DNA from: Patescibacteria group bacterium
Lineage (GTDB): Bacteria; Patescibacteriota; Microgenomatia; Levybacterales; UBA12049
Assembly: GCA_038063415.1 (NCBI GenBank)
Contig: JBBTVD010000009.1
Location: 81,430-141,727 of the forward strand
Direction: 5' to 3'
Length of the DNA stretch: 60,298 bases
Shown piece by piece: positions 1 through 9,573 of the stretch. The position numbers were made by a program, and so were the translations under genes. The notes beneath the pieces are model-generated. The model was not told the origin of the DNA, ran no database searches, and saw nothing but the letters and a program-made list of their open reading frames with translations. How positions within the stretch are numbered: the stretch's first letter is position 1; every line of letters begins with the position of its first letter.

Positions 1-37
1 GAAGAAGTCCTGCGAGTAGCAGAGGATTAGACGTTTT

Positions 38-96
38 GTCATTCCTAGCTTGATCAGGAATCCAGAGCTAGATTCCGGCTCGGAGGCCGGAATGAC
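38..96. repeat. hairpin-pair palindromic repeat, copy A (GTCAT...ATGAC family)
   Basis: GTC + attcct/aggaat hairpin + spacer + attccggc/gccggaat hairpin + GAC, just upstream of pilT. Confidence 0.7.
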
Positions 97-105
97 AGTA
101 TAAAT

Positions 106-1176
106 ATGACAATTCAAGATTTATTATCATTAACCATCAAAAATAAAGCATCAGATTTGCATCTACTAGTGAACATGCAACCGACACTTCGTATAGACGG
201 TATATTACGATATCTCACCAACTATCCCGCACTAACAGGAGAGATGATCGAAACAATGGTGTTTTCACTCCTTACTCCAGAACAGAAGGAGTTGCTCCTC
301 ACCAACAAAGAGCTTGATTTTTCCTTTGGCTATGGAGCAACGAGCACAACGGCCGAAACAGGAAGATTCCGTGTGAATGCTTATTTTCAAAGAGGTTATT
401 TGTCGGCGGCATTTCGTTTCCTTGCGCCACGGGTACTCAGTATTGAAGAGCTTGGTCTTCCCAGGATTTGTCACGACTTTGCCAATATGCGTCAGGGATT
501 TGTCCTGGTAACAGGTCCAACAGGTCATGGGAAATCAAGTACGTTGGCAGCAATTCTTAATGAAATTAACACCACGCGTTCTTCGCATATTTTGACCATT
601 GAAGATCCGATCGAATTTGTGTACCCCAGAGCAAATAGTATAGTCTCCCAGCGGGAAATGGGATCTGATACGCATTCTTGGACGATGGCCTTGCGTTCGG
701 CGCTTCGTGAAGATCCAAATGTCGTCCTGATTGGAGAAATGCGTGATCCTGAGACAATGCAGGCTGCTATTACGCTTGCTGAAACAGGTCATTTGGTTTT
801 CTCTACGCTTCACACAAATTCTGCTGCACAGAGCATCGATCGTATTGTTGATTCTTTTCCTTCAGACCAGCGGCCACAGGTACGAATCCAACTCGCTGCA
901 ACCTTAAAAGGCATCATCTCTCAAAGATTGCTTCCCAAGATTGGTGGCGGTCGAGTTGTTGCAGCTGAAATCCTCTTGGGAACACCTGCTATTGCCAGTA
1001 ACATTCGGGAAGGAAAGTCACATCTAATTGATTCTGTTATCCAAACGTCCAAAGACATCGGTATGATTACCATTGATGAAGCTCTTTCATCACTCGTCAA
1101 AAATGGTATTATCGCTCTTGATGATGCCAAGAGTTTTGCCTTGCGGGAAGGAGAGCTTGATCGGCTGGTTGGATAA
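106..1176 (+). CDS. pilT: type IV pilus retraction ATPase PilT
   Basis: 356-aa ORF with Walker A GPTGHGKSST and PilT-like N-terminus (KASDLHL). A pilC-like gene follows after 2 nt. Confidence 0.85.
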   Translation: MTIQDLLSLTIKNKASDLHLLVNMQPTLRIDGILRYLTNYPALTGEMIETMVFSLLTPEQKELLLTNKELDFSFGYGATSTTAETGRFRVNAYFQRGYLSAAFRFLAPRVLSIEELGLPRICHDFANMRQGFVLVTGPTGHGKSSTLAAILNEINTTRSSHILTIEDPIEFVYPRANSIVSQREMGSDTHSWTMALRSALREDPNVVLIGEMRDPETMQAAITLAETGHLVFSTLHTNSAAQSIDRIVDSFPSDQRPQVRIQLAATLKGIISQRLLPKIGGGRVVAAEILLGTPAIASNIREGKSHLIDSVIQTSKDIGMITIDEALSSLVKNGIIALDDAKSFALREGELDRLVG

Positions 1177-1178
1177 CT

Positions 1179-2387
1179 ATGAAAATTTACTATCGTGCTG
1201 TTACTCAGGACGGGAAGACGATCCGTGGGCTTATTGATGCCAAAAACGAAAAAGAAGCAGCAGAATACCTTCGAAATCATCAATTTCTTCCGATTAAAAT
1301 AGTGAGAGAAAAACCTGGTGGTATGTTGCGTTATTTCCCTTTTTTGCAGCGTTCTTCTCTCTCTGATGTTGTCTTTTTCACCCGACAGCTAGCATCGATT
1401 ATGGGTTCGGGATTGACACTTATGCAATCGTTGCAAATTTTGCATAATCAACTACAAAATAAAAATGCAGCACTACAAGGCATCGTCCAAAACCTTATTA
1501 ATGATGTGCAAGATGGAAAACGATTTTCAGACGCTCTTGAAAGGTATCCAAAAATGTTCTCTCCTATTTATATTGCTCTTATTCGGACGGCAGAGACATC
1601 GGGGTTACTCGATAAATCACTCCTTCGTCTTGCCGAAAATCTTGAAAAACAGCAAGAACTTCGTCGTACTATCCAGGGAGCACTGCTCTATCCGTTGATC
1701 GTTATTCTTATGATGATTGTTGTCATTATCATTATGATGATTTTTGTTATCCCGCAATTAAGTTCTTTGTATACAGAAATGGCCGTTGATTTGCCTGCAT
1801 CGACAGCAGTTGTTATTGGTCTTTCTAATTTTGCCGTTACCTTTTGGCCCTTTATTCTTGGTGGAGGGCTCTTTTTGACCTATGTTACCCGTGAATGGTA
1901 CAAAAAGCCTGTGGGGAGAAAACTTATTGATACCTATCTTTTAAAGATGCCAATCTTTGGCAAACTGATGAGTGAGACAATGATGGCTGAATTTACTCGT
2001 ACCTTTAGTGTCCTGATTAGTTCTGGTTCACTCGTTGTTGATTCGCTCAATAAAAGTTCGGCGGTTGTTGGTAATGTTCTTTATCAAGAAGCAATTGTAA
2101 CGGTTGGGATGCGGGTCGAGAAAGGGATTAGCATTGGTGATGCTATGGAAGCCAGTCCCCTCTTCCCGCCAATGGTAGTTGAAATGGTCAAAATTGGCGA
2201 GCAAACAGGAAAGCTTGACGAATCGCTCATGCGCGCATCTGATTATTATGAAAGAGAAGTTTCACAGACAGTAAAAACACTTACGACACTGCTTGAGCCT
2301 GCTATCATGATTCTACTCGCTTTGGGTGTTGGCTTCTTGATCTTTGCAGTAATTACACCAATTTATAGCCTGATCTCCTCTTTTTAA
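1179..2387 (+). CDS. pilC: type IV pilus platform protein PilC (T2SS-F family)
   Basis: 402-aa ORF with duplicated T2SS-F-like halves and TM segments, adjacent to pilT. Confidence 0.85.
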   Translation: MKIYYRAVTQDGKTIRGLIDAKNEKEAAEYLRNHQFLPIKIVREKPGGMLRYFPFLQRSSLSDVVFFTRQLASIMGSGLTLMQSLQILHNQLQNKNAALQGIVQNLINDVQDGKRFSDALERYPKMFSPIYIALIRTAETSGLLDKSLLRLAENLEKQQELRRTIQGALLYPLIVILMMIVVIIIMMIFVIPQLSSLYTEMAVDLPASTAVVIGLSNFAVTFWPFILGGGLFLTYVTREWYKKPVGRKLIDTYLLKMPIFGKLMSETMMAEFTRTFSVLISSGSLVVDSLNKSSAVVGNVLYQEAIVTVGMRVEKGISIGDAMEASPLFPPMVVEMVKIGEQTGKLDESLMRASDYYEREVSQTVKTLTTLLEPAIMILLALGVGFLIFAVITPIYSLISSF

Positions 2388-2395
2388 GAAGAAAT

Positions 2396-3106
2396 TTACT
2401 CAATTACTGTACCCAAAAATTTCTTTCCGGTAAAGTAATTTTTGATATTACCAAAATCACTGCCATCCATAACGACGACTTTAATACCCAAATCCTCAGC
2501 CTTTTTGGCAGCTATTGGATCAAAAGGAGCATTCATCCCTGGTATCCATGTATCTCCAACTATTTTTCGGAAGTTTTTCCAGTCTATTTTATCAATTGGT
2601 TTTGCATCTGGGTATTGATTGGGGTCTTTGTCGTATACTTGTTTGATATTACTGAGGTTGATAACGGTGTCGATGTGGTAATCTTCTGAGAGGAGCATCG
2701 CGCAGTAGTCGGTCGACCATCCTGGTTTCCATCCAGCGGCTACGACGACAGGCTCTTTCACTTTACGGATGATTTCATAGTTTCTAATGATATGATCACT
2801 AGCAATATCTCGGAAGACAGTTCTGATAAGATGCGCATTAAGTCTGGTCGCATGAACGCCTATCCAGTCCAGATCATCATTGGTAAGTTCATGGCCAATA
2901 ACATCTTTTCCAGCATCGCGGTATTTTCGTGCAGTGACTCCCCCACCAGCTACCAAAAAAAACTGACGTTCATAATCTTGCGCCAGTTGGTTGCGAATAA
3001 AGAAATTGAGGTTATTGAGGAAAGGGATATTGAGGCCAGCTTTGGGAACAATAAGGGAGCCACCAACAGAAATGACGACTCTCTTGTGCTTGTTCTTAGT
3101 ACTCAT
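2396..3106 (-). CDS. pyrH: UMP kinase, archaeal-type (amino-acid kinase fold)
   Basis: 236 aa with ISVGGSLIVP N-terminus, VAGGGVTARKY, GWKPGWSTDYCA and YDKDP..DAKP, as in archaeal/CPR-type PyrH. Confidence 0.65.
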   Translation of the reverse strand: MSTKNKHKRVVISVGGSLIVPKAGLNIPFLNNLNFFIRNQLAQDYERQFFLVAGGGVTARKYRDAGKDVIGHELTNDDLDWIGVHATRLNAHLIRTVFRDIASDHIIRNYEIIRKVKEPVVVAAGWKPGWSTDYCAMLLSEDYHIDTVINLSNIKQVYDKDPNQYPDAKPIDKIDWKNFRKIVGDTWIPGMNAPFDPIAAKKAEDLGIKVVVMDGSDFGNIKNYFTGKKFLGTVIE

Positions 3107-3278
3107 ACAAAATAATATTACGTTGATATAAGTTCGTACGTTGCATAGTTAATCCTTTCGACACTATAGTATAGTTGTTGTATTTCGTCAACTATAAAAA
3201 AACACTTGCTTACCAAAAGACAAACGCTTAGTTACTATCTTTCTTTATAAGTGTATCTGTACCACTCTTTTAAATCAA

Positions 3279-3292
3279 TGACAAATTTGTCA
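3279..3292. promoter_or_regulatory. perfect palindrome TGACAAATTTGTCA (TTGACA/TGTCAA half-site family)
   Basis: Read directly. Same half-sites recur at 3755, 4568, 6952 and 7022. Confidence 0.4.
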
Positions 3293-3337
3293 ATAATTTT
3301 GTCAGTATCTATTTAAGTATAGACTATCTCTCTATCT

Positions 3338-3706
3338 CTACATTTTCTTTAGTGATAACTGTGATTTTTGGATGAGTTTTCGAAATAGGCAAACTAGTTC
3401 TTCTAACAGTGTGACCATTGAATAAGTGATACTCATATCATAGAGTGGTTTGCCCTTCAAAAGTTGTAATTCCGTAATTTGTATTACAATCCGTCTCGTT
3501 TCTTGAGAAAAATGTTTGGAAGCTGTGATAATCAGAATATTGCAGATCACGAGAAACTCCGTTACCTGTATCTTTTTTTCCAAGTGGAAAACCATTGCTT
3601 CTGCAAGTAGTGCTATCCTCTCAATTTCTGATAGATCATGTTTCTTAACTTCTTCAATGCTTTTCTCAAACCAACGAAGGCTCTTATCTTTTTGTCTGTT
3701 CTTCAT
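3338..3706 (-). CDS. hypothetical protein (start placed at internal MKNRQKDK)
   Basis: ORF only, no recognisable motif. A competing plus-strand ORF (3516..3872) overlaps it. Confidence 0.25.
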   Translation of the reverse strand: MKNRQKDKSLRWFEKSIEEVKKHDLSEIERIALLAEAMVFHLEKKIQVTEFLVICNILIITASKHFSQETRRIVIQITELQLLKGKPLYDMSITYSMVTLLEELVCLFRKLIQKSQLSLKKM

Positions 3707-3754
3707 CTGTACTCTAATCGTAAGAAATATTGGAGTAAATGAACACGACAAATG

Positions 3755-3771
3755 TGTCAAGAATTTTGACA
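3755..3771. promoter_or_regulatory. inverted repeat TGTCAA-N5-TTGACA
   Basis: tgtcaagaattttgaca, lying upstream of the minus-strand hypothetical ORF. Confidence 0.4.
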
Positions 3772-3932
3772 AAGAGCATGGTATTGTTTTTCTAAAGGAA
3801 GATCCTTCCGTAAATCAAATCAATGACGCTCTATCAAGATTACGTGAAAAAGGGAGTATTAAAAGAGCTTGAAAAGAAATAGTTATATTAAAGATAAGAT
3901 TATTAAGAAAAAAATCTAAGTTATATTTGCTA

Positions 3933-4280
3933 CTATAATGACAAAAGTAACTTTACTGCTTTGATTACTTCTTCTAGTTTATCTCTCTCAAGAGATCCAA
4001 CTTTTTTCATAAGCCGCTTTTGATCAATACTGCGGATAAAAATGGGCAATAATACAGATTGTTTTTCCAGGCCTTCTTTTTCTCCAATAGTCACCATTTC
4101 CGGGCCAATTGTATGGGGAACTTGAGAACTTATTGGGATAACAATCACTGAAAAACTTTTTTGATTGATGACATTCTCAGAGAAAACAAGTGCAGGTCTT
4201 TTTTTGTGAAGTTCACGATGTGTGCCAGGTTCAAGGTCAACAATCCAGATATCACCTCGCTCTGCTATTTCGTCGGCCAT
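3933..4280 (-). CDS. PemK/MazF-family endoribonuclease toxin
   Basis: 115 aa with GDIWIVDLEPGTHRELHKKRPALVFS, typical of MazF/PemK. Overlaps the upstream antitoxin ORF by 16 nt. Confidence 0.75.
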   Translation of the reverse strand: MADEIAERGDIWIVDLEPGTHRELHKKRPALVFSENVINQKSFSVIVIPISSQVPHTIGPEMVTIGEKEGLEKQSVLLPIFIRSIDQKRLMKKVGSLERDKLEEVIKAVKLLLSL

Positions 4281-4501
4281 TGGTTTATTTCAGTCTCCTT
4301 CCACTCTTTTGCAATAGTTTTATAAAAGTGCTCGTTTTCCTTCAGACTTTTTTTGAGTTGTTTTTTTATATCTCCTGCATTCTCTAACTTCTCAGATATT
4401 GCATTAACAATAAATTGATTCCTTTTTTTGGAAGGGATGGTCAATTTAAGCTGTTCAAAAATTTCTTGAGGTAGTTGTATATTGGTTTGTTGAACGTTCA
4501 T
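4265..4501 (-). CDS. ribbon-helix-helix (CopG/MazE-like) antitoxin
   Basis: 78 aa from MNVQQTNIQLPQEIFEQLK...KKRNQFIVNAISEKL, an RHH-like pattern. Start chosen because the TTGACA-16-TATAAT promoter ends 6 nt upstream. Confidence 0.5.
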   Translation of the reverse strand: MNVQQTNIQLPQEIFEQLKLTIPSKKRNQFIVNAISEKLENAGDIKKQLKKSLKENEHFYKTIAKEWKETEINQWPTK

Positions 4502-4507
4502 AAACTT

Positions 4508-4535
4508 ATTATAGCTTACTTGCAATGCTTGTCAA
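4508..4535 (-). promoter_or_regulatory. sigma70-like promoter, TTGACA-16 nt-TATAAT (minus strand)
   Basis: -35 at 4530-4535 and -10 at 4508-4513, with ATG at 4501, so a leaderless geometry. Confidence 0.45.
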
Positions 4536-4567
4536 TATTAGATTGAGTGATTTTTCATAACGCAATT

Positions 4568-4586
4568 TTGTCAATAATCTTGACAA
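4568..4586. promoter_or_regulatory. inverted repeat TTGTCAA-N5-TTGACAA upstream of the STAND gene
   Basis: ttgtcaataatcttgacaa. An extended -10 (TGtTACAAT, 4593-4601) follows, and the GTG start is at 4611. Confidence 0.45.
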
Positions 4587-4610
4587 CTGATCTGTTACAA
4601 TACCGACAAT

Positions 4611-6908
4611 GTGAAAAAGTTTGGAGAGTTGTTCAAAAAATATCGTTTGCGTGCTGAGTTTGAGACGTTCCCCTCATTTGGCGAAGCTCTTTATGAGAAG
4701 GGATATCATCTGGAAAGTAGCATTTTTTCTCGGTGGCAAAATAATTCCCGTCTCCCCACTAGTCGTCAACTTATCCTTACTATCATTGGCATTTTTGTAG
4801 AAAAACGTGCTATTACTACGATTCACCAAGCAAATGAATTTCTTGCTGCGGCAGGACATGGATACATGACCGAAGAAGAAAAAGCTACTTTTTCCTTCCC
4901 GCAAGATCCCATTGTTCCCTTCCAAGTCCCACATGAAATTGCCAACTTTATTGGCAGAGAAAAGTTGATTACTGAGATAAAAAAAGACATTACTTCAGGC
5001 AAGATCATTATCCTTCACGGTCCGCCTGGTATAGGTAAAACAGCTCTCGCGATTAGACTAGGGCACCTCTTGCGAAGCGCGTACCCTGATGGCGTGCTCT
5101 GGTACAAAGTTGACTCTTCAAATGTGATAGATATTTTGCTTTCTCTTGCGCGACTCTTTGGTGAAGATATCCGCGCGATTAAAGATTTGGCCGTTCGCGC
5201 CTCTGTGGTGCGGACACTTCTCGAACATAAGAAACTTTTGCTTATTTTTGATAATGTTAGTAGTAAAGACAAAGCTCAGATATACGCATTGTTACCGAAC
5301 ACCCGCACTTGCGGGGTTATTTTTTCTTCACGAGAACAAAAGCTTGCGATTGCCTCCCCTACCGGCTTTTTTGCTGTGAAGCCTTTTGATGCCCTGGATG
5401 TGCTTTCTCTTTTTCAGCAGATTTTGGGAAGGTATTACGTGGTAAAGCACAAAAAGGAGATAGTAACCATTGGAGAAAAACTGGGGAATTTGCCATTAGC
5501 GGTTCACCTGGTGGCGACCAATGTTAGGCAGCACAAGCTTCGTTTGCAAGAGTATATAGATCAACTGAATACGGATTCTTTTGATCTTACGTCTCTCAAT
5601 TATGAGGATCGCAATTTGGCACGTGCGATAACAATGAGTTATGATGGTCTAACACATGAAGCAAAAGAGATATTTGTTTCATTAGGAGTCTTTGAAGGTA
5701 AAGATTTTTCTCTTGAAGCGGTTGCTTTTGTGAACAAGTTGTCACTTCGTAAAATTGAGTTGTTATTGCAAGAACTATCCAATCTTTCCCTTATTGAACA
5801 GTCACAATCTCATCGTTATCGAATACATCCCCTCCTTCGATCTTTTGCCCGTGAACAAATGAAAACTTCTTCTCCTTATTTACAAGCAGCTTTTTATTAT
5901 GAACAATTGCTCAATGAAGCTGATCAGAAAAACTCGTATAACCCTCTGACACATGAAGTTGATAATATTATTTACATCTTTAAAAAGTGTTACGATCTGG
6001 GTTACTGGGATCAAGTAATCACGCTCTGGAATCCTATTGAGAAGTTTCTTTCAGATATTAATGAGACGAAGAAACTTAAAAGTTTAACTCAGACAATTGA
6101 TACTGCACCAAGTGTAAATAATCTTCAAAAGATAATGACCGTTTATATGCTATTTTTGTTTTTATATTGGATTTTATTATCTCTTAGTGGTTTAAAGACA
6201 GGCTTTTGGAACTATTCTTCTTCTTTATTGAATAGTTTTATTCCCTTAATAGGAGGACTTGTTGGAATTTTTGGTTCAAGACATTGGGGGATGTTTAATA
6301 CAAATATTGGCAAAGCAATATTATTTATATCTATTGGTTTATCCTGTTGGGGTAGTGGTAATATCGTTTGGGGATATTATAATTTTTTTGCAAAAATTGA
6401 TATTCCTTATCCATCTTTTTCTGATATTGGATATCTCTCAGCAAGCATATTTTGGATATTTGGCAGTATATATCTTTCACGAGCAACAGGGGCAAAATTC
6501 TCTTTGAAAGCAAAGAAAAATAAACTTTTTCTTCTTCTGATTCCTTTTCTTATTATTTCTTTTTCCTGTTACATTTTGTTTTTTGTTATCAAACAAGGAA
6601 TCATTTTAGAACCTCCCTTAAAAATGTTTTTTGACCTTGCCTATCCAGTAGGAGATGTAATTATCTTGACTCTCGCTGTAATAATCTTTGGTCTTTCTGT
6701 TAATTTCTTTAGAAGAAAATATAGATTATCGTTGTTTATGATTCTTACTGGTTTTGTAGGAATGTATATATCTGATTTTATGTTCTCTTATACAACCTCA
6801 ATTGGGATTTACTATAATGGTAGCTTTACTGAGTTCATGTTCTGTATATCACTATTTTTTATTACTTGGGGCACACTTAGTTTCTATCTCACCCCAAAGA
6901 AGAAATGA
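4611..6908 (+). CDS. STAND NTPase: N-terminal XRE-like HTH + NB-ARC + short helical-repeat region + C-terminal polytopic membrane domain
   Basis: 765 aa with a GTG start. HTH-like residues 1-60, FIGRE, Walker A GPPGIGKTALA, Walker B LLLIFDNV, FSSREQ and GNLPLAV (GLPL-like). About 250 C-terminal residues form multiple hydrophobic helices. Confidence 0.75.
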   Translation: MKKFGELFKKYRLRAEFETFPSFGEALYEKGYHLESSIFSRWQNNSRLPTSRQLILTIIGIFVEKRAITTIHQANEFLAAAGHGYMTEEEKATFSFPQDPIVPFQVPHEIANFIGREKLITEIKKDITSGKIIILHGPPGIGKTALAIRLGHLLRSAYPDGVLWYKVDSSNVIDILLSLARLFGEDIRAIKDLAVRASVVRTLLEHKKLLLIFDNVSSKDKAQIYALLPNTRTCGVIFSSREQKLAIASPTGFFAVKPFDALDVLSLFQQILGRYYVVKHKKEIVTIGEKLGNLPLAVHLVATNVRQHKLRLQEYIDQLNTDSFDLTSLNYEDRNLARAITMSYDGLTHEAKEIFVSLGVFEGKDFSLEAVAFVNKLSLRKIELLLQELSNLSLIEQSQSHRYRIHPLLRSFAREQMKTSSPYLQAAFYYEQLLNEADQKNSYNPLTHEVDNIIYIFKKCYDLGYWDQVITLWNPIEKFLSDINETKKLKSLTQTIDTAPSVNNLQKIMTVYMLFLFLYWILLSLSGLKTGFWNYSSSLLNSFIPLIGGLVGIFGSRHWGMFNTNIGKAILFISIGLSCWGSGNIVWGYYNFFAKIDIPYPSFSDIGYLSASIFWIFGSIYLSRATGAKFSLKAKKNKLFLLLIPFLIISFSCYILFFVIKQGIILEPPLKMFFDLAYPVGDVIILTLAVIIFGLSVNFFRRKYRLSLFMILTGFVGMYISDFMFSYTTSIGIYYNGSFTEFMFCISLFFITWGTLSFYLTPKKK

Positions 6909-6951
6909 GAATTTAACTTTCAATAAAAAACCCATAGGATCATCTTTAATG

Positions 6952-6969
6952 ATTGACAATCTTGTCAAT
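6952..6969. promoter_or_regulatory. inverted repeat ATTGACAA-TC-TTGTCAAT
   Basis: Read directly, 44 nt after the STAND stop codon. Confidence 0.4.
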
Positions 6970-7021
6970 TAAGTGATACAAGTTAAGCATAGATCTGTTT
7001 GGCACAGGTTTTTCTTAGCTT

Positions 7022-7040
7022 CTGTCAAGAATCTTGACAG
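7022..7040. promoter_or_regulatory. perfect inverted repeat CTGTCAAG-AAT-CTTGACAG (TGTCAA-N5-TTGACA)
   Basis: Its right half is the -35 hexamer of the 7034-7062 promoter. Confidence 0.45.
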
Positions 7041-7062
7041 AATACTACAGGACATGTATAAT
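7034..7062 (+). promoter_or_regulatory. consensus sigma70-like promoter, TTGACA-17 nt-TATAAT
   Basis: Both hexamers match consensus perfectly. The first ATG downstream is at 7072, 9 nt after the -10. Confidence 0.55.
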
Positions 7063-7071
7063 TCAGTTAAT

Positions 7072-7608
7072 ATGTTGAATAAGCTTAGGATAAAGTTTTT
7101 ATCTGGCTTTAGACGTTCTGCTTCTGGGCAGAAGCATATTGATTCTGTTGAGAATACACCGACAAATCTTCCTCATCAGCAAACAACCACAAAAAGCACG
7201 TTAACGAAAGAAGAATATGAAAACCTTCCCTTTGGTATGCATCTCATGTTTGATGCGTATAACTGTGATCCTACTGTACTTGATGATTCAAATGTTCTTT
7301 ATACTCTGCTCGAAGGTCTTCCTGGCAAGCTTGGTATGAGACCGATGATTAAGCCATATATCGTCAGGACTCTCGGTAATGATAAACGAGATCCCGGAGG
7401 TTGGTCTGGGTTTGTCTTGATTGAAGAATCCCACATTAGTTTTCATACCTTTGTGAAGAGAAAATTTGTGACGGTTGATATTTATACATGCACCTTTTTT
7501 GATGCCGATAAAGCGACAAGGGAATTGAAGAAATTCTTTAAGACAGAAGATACGGAGACAATTGTAGAAACAAGGGGAAAAAGATATCCCAATGCAAATT
7601 TAATATAA
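7072..7608 (+). CDS. speH: pyruvoyl-dependent S-adenosylmethionine decarboxylase-like proenzyme (class 1, SpeH-like) with an N-terminal extension
   Basis: GMHLMFDAYNCD, GWSGFVLIEESHISFHTF (ES self-cleavage motif) and DIYTC match the SpeH pattern. Start moved to 7072 because the promoter lies inside the longer GTG-started ORF (6973). Confidence 0.6.
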   Translation: MLNKLRIKFLSGFRRSASGQKHIDSVENTPTNLPHQQTTTKSTLTKEEYENLPFGMHLMFDAYNCDPTVLDDSNVLYTLLEGLPGKLGMRPMIKPYIVRTLGNDKRDPGGWSGFVLIEESHISFHTFVKRKFVTVDIYTCTFFDADKATRELKKFFKTEDTETIVETRGKRYPNANLI

Positions 7609-7610
7609 AT

Positions 7611-8507
7611 ATGTTTAATGAGTGGTTCATTTTTGCTCTTTTAAGTCCCGCAATATTCGCAGTTGTAAATCTTCTTGATGATAATCTGTTAAAGCATTTG
7701 TACAGAACTCCATTCTTTGGTGCCATTATTTCTGGTTTTTTGGGTTTATTACCGCTTTTAGGATTATTCTTTTTTCCTTTTCAAATGCCACCTTTGTTTA
7801 TCATCTTTCTAGCACTGGGGAGTGGCTTCCTGACAATCATATATTATTTTTATTACTTTAAAGCGCTTGAAGTTGAAGTACCGTCAATTGTTGTTGCTCT
7901 GTTTGCATGGACTTCAGCGATAACACCATTTTTAGCCCACTTTCTCTTAGGTGAAAAACTTTCTGTAAATGAGATTGTAGGATTCATTATCGTTCTATCT
8001 GCTTCTATTGCATTATCTGTAACAGATATCAAGAGATTTCGTTTTTCAAAAGCTTTTTATTTAATCTTTTTTGCCTCCACAATTTATGCTATTGTTGCAA
8101 TTTTGCAAAAAACTGTCTATGAACAGGTTGATTTTTTTAGTGGGTATGTTTTTTTTGCGACAGGTTTGAGCCTAGGATCTCTTTTCCTTTCGATTGTGTT
8201 TAAAGAAGGAAGGAAGTTCTATGGAAATTTAAAAAAAATCTTTAAAAAGTGGTTTGGAGTTTTATTATTAGTAGAGATAGTTGGAATTGCTGCAGAATTA
8301 ACAAACAATTTAGCTATTAGTAAAGGTTCAGTCTCTTTAGTAAAGGTAGTTGAAGGCATTCAACCTATGATTGTCCTACTTTTTGCGCTCTTGTTATATC
8401 CTTTTTTGCCAAAGTATTTTCGAGAAGCAGCTGAAGGTGAAAAAATAAAAAAATTTATTCTCATGGGGATAATCGTTGTGGGACTTTATTTTATTCAAAT
8501 GGGATAG
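7611..8507 (+). CDS. DMT-superfamily (EamA-like) transporter
   Basis: 298 aa with about 10 hydrophobic helices in two halves. Starts 2 nt after the speH-like stop. Confidence 0.55.
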   Translation: MFNEWFIFALLSPAIFAVVNLLDDNLLKHLYRTPFFGAIISGFLGLLPLLGLFFFPFQMPPLFIIFLALGSGFLTIIYYFYYFKALEVEVPSIVVALFAWTSAITPFLAHFLLGEKLSVNEIVGFIIVLSASIALSVTDIKRFRFSKAFYLIFFASTIYAIVAILQKTVYEQVDFFSGYVFFATGLSLGSLFLSIVFKEGRKFYGNLKKIFKKWFGVLLLVEIVGIAAELTNNLAISKGSVSLVKVVEGIQPMIVLLFALLLYPFLPKYFREAAEGEKIKKFILMGIIVVGLYFIQMG

Positions 8508-8522
8508 GTTGCATTAGAAAAT

Positions 8523-9443
8523 ATGGATAAAATTCCAAAATTTCCAAAATTTAAAAATCTTAAGCTGTCAGACAAAGAAAAAATAGAATCTTTAGTAGCA
8601 GCCTTTTTGCCTTTTTCCGATTACAACTTCCTTAGTCTTTGGAGTTGGAATATTAGCGAGCAAACCCAAATTTCGATATTGAATAAAAACCTCGTTATAA
8701 AGTTTAATGATTACCTTACCAATGATACTTTTTATTCCTTATTTGGAGAGGACAAAATAGATAGTTCTATTGGTGCACTTTTTAAATATATAAAAAAAAA
8801 TCAAAAAACAAATATTCTCTTACGACTTGTCCCTGAATCGACAATTAAACATATAGTTAATAAAAAAAATTATCATTTTAATGAAGATAGAGATAATTTT
8901 GATTATATTTTTTCTGTCAATAAGATGTGTGATCTTAGAGGCGGTAGATATCGTGGGAAGAAAAATTTTATTAACAGATTTAAGAGAACATATGGTGAAA
9001 GAGCAGTAGTTAAAGAGTTAGATATTCAGAATAACAGTGTTCAGAATGATATAATTAAACTATTTGCTGATTGGAAAAAATCTAGAGGAAAAACAAGTAA
9101 AGAAATAAGGAACGAATTTTTTGCTGTCAAAAGATTATTAAAATATTGCAAGAGCTTCAATCTTGTCGTGGTAGGTATATTTATCGATTCAAAACTTAAA
9201 GCTGTATCAATTAATGAAGTTGTACAAAAAAATTATGGGATAGTTCATTTCCAGAAAGCTGATGCATCTTACACAGGTATTTTTCAATTTCTTACCCAAC
9301 AATCAGCAATAGCTTTTAAAAAATTGGGATGCAGACTTATTAATTACGAGCAGGATCTTGGCATAGAAGGGTTGAGAAATGCAAAATTAATGTGGCATCC
9401 AGTTAAATTTTTTAAAAAATATATAATATTAGAACAAATATAG
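8523..9443 (+). CDS. DUF2156 / MprF C-terminal (aminoacyl-phosphatidylglycerol synthase-like) domain protein
   Basis: 306 aa. PFSDYNFLSLWSW and RGGRYRGKKNFINRFKR resemble the stand-alone DUF2156 family as I recall it. Confidence 0.45.
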   Translation: MDKIPKFPKFKNLKLSDKEKIESLVAAFLPFSDYNFLSLWSWNISEQTQISILNKNLVIKFNDYLTNDTFYSLFGEDKIDSSIGALFKYIKKNQKTNILLRLVPESTIKHIVNKKNYHFNEDRDNFDYIFSVNKMCDLRGGRYRGKKNFINRFKRTYGERAVVKELDIQNNSVQNDIIKLFADWKKSRGKTSKEIRNEFFAVKRLLKYCKSFNLVVVGIFIDSKLKAVSINEVVQKNYGIVHFQKADASYTGIFQFLTQQSAIAFKKLGCRLINYEQDLGIEGLRNAKLMWHPVKFFKKYIILEQI

Positions 9444-9573
9444 ATTTATTACTAATCCTAAAGTTGTCTATGATATTAATGAATCCATCATCACATATGA
9501 AGTGAAAAAGTAACTTTTTGACTTTTAACAGAAGAGTATATAATCTTAAAATATAAGCTTAATTTTTTAATCT

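Noticed and set aside
3516-3872. 118-aa plus-strand ORF opposite the 3338..3706 hypothetical gene
   Set aside because: Most of it is Ser/Phe/Ile/Cys-rich antisense translation. Only its last ~35 residues look protein-like and they have no start codon, so it may be a relic. Neither strand is confidently coding here.
6973-7071. GTG-initiated 33-codon extension of the speH-like ORF
   Set aside because: A perfect TTGACA-17-TATAAT promoter and two palindromes lie inside this stretch, so the start was moved to the ATG at 7072.
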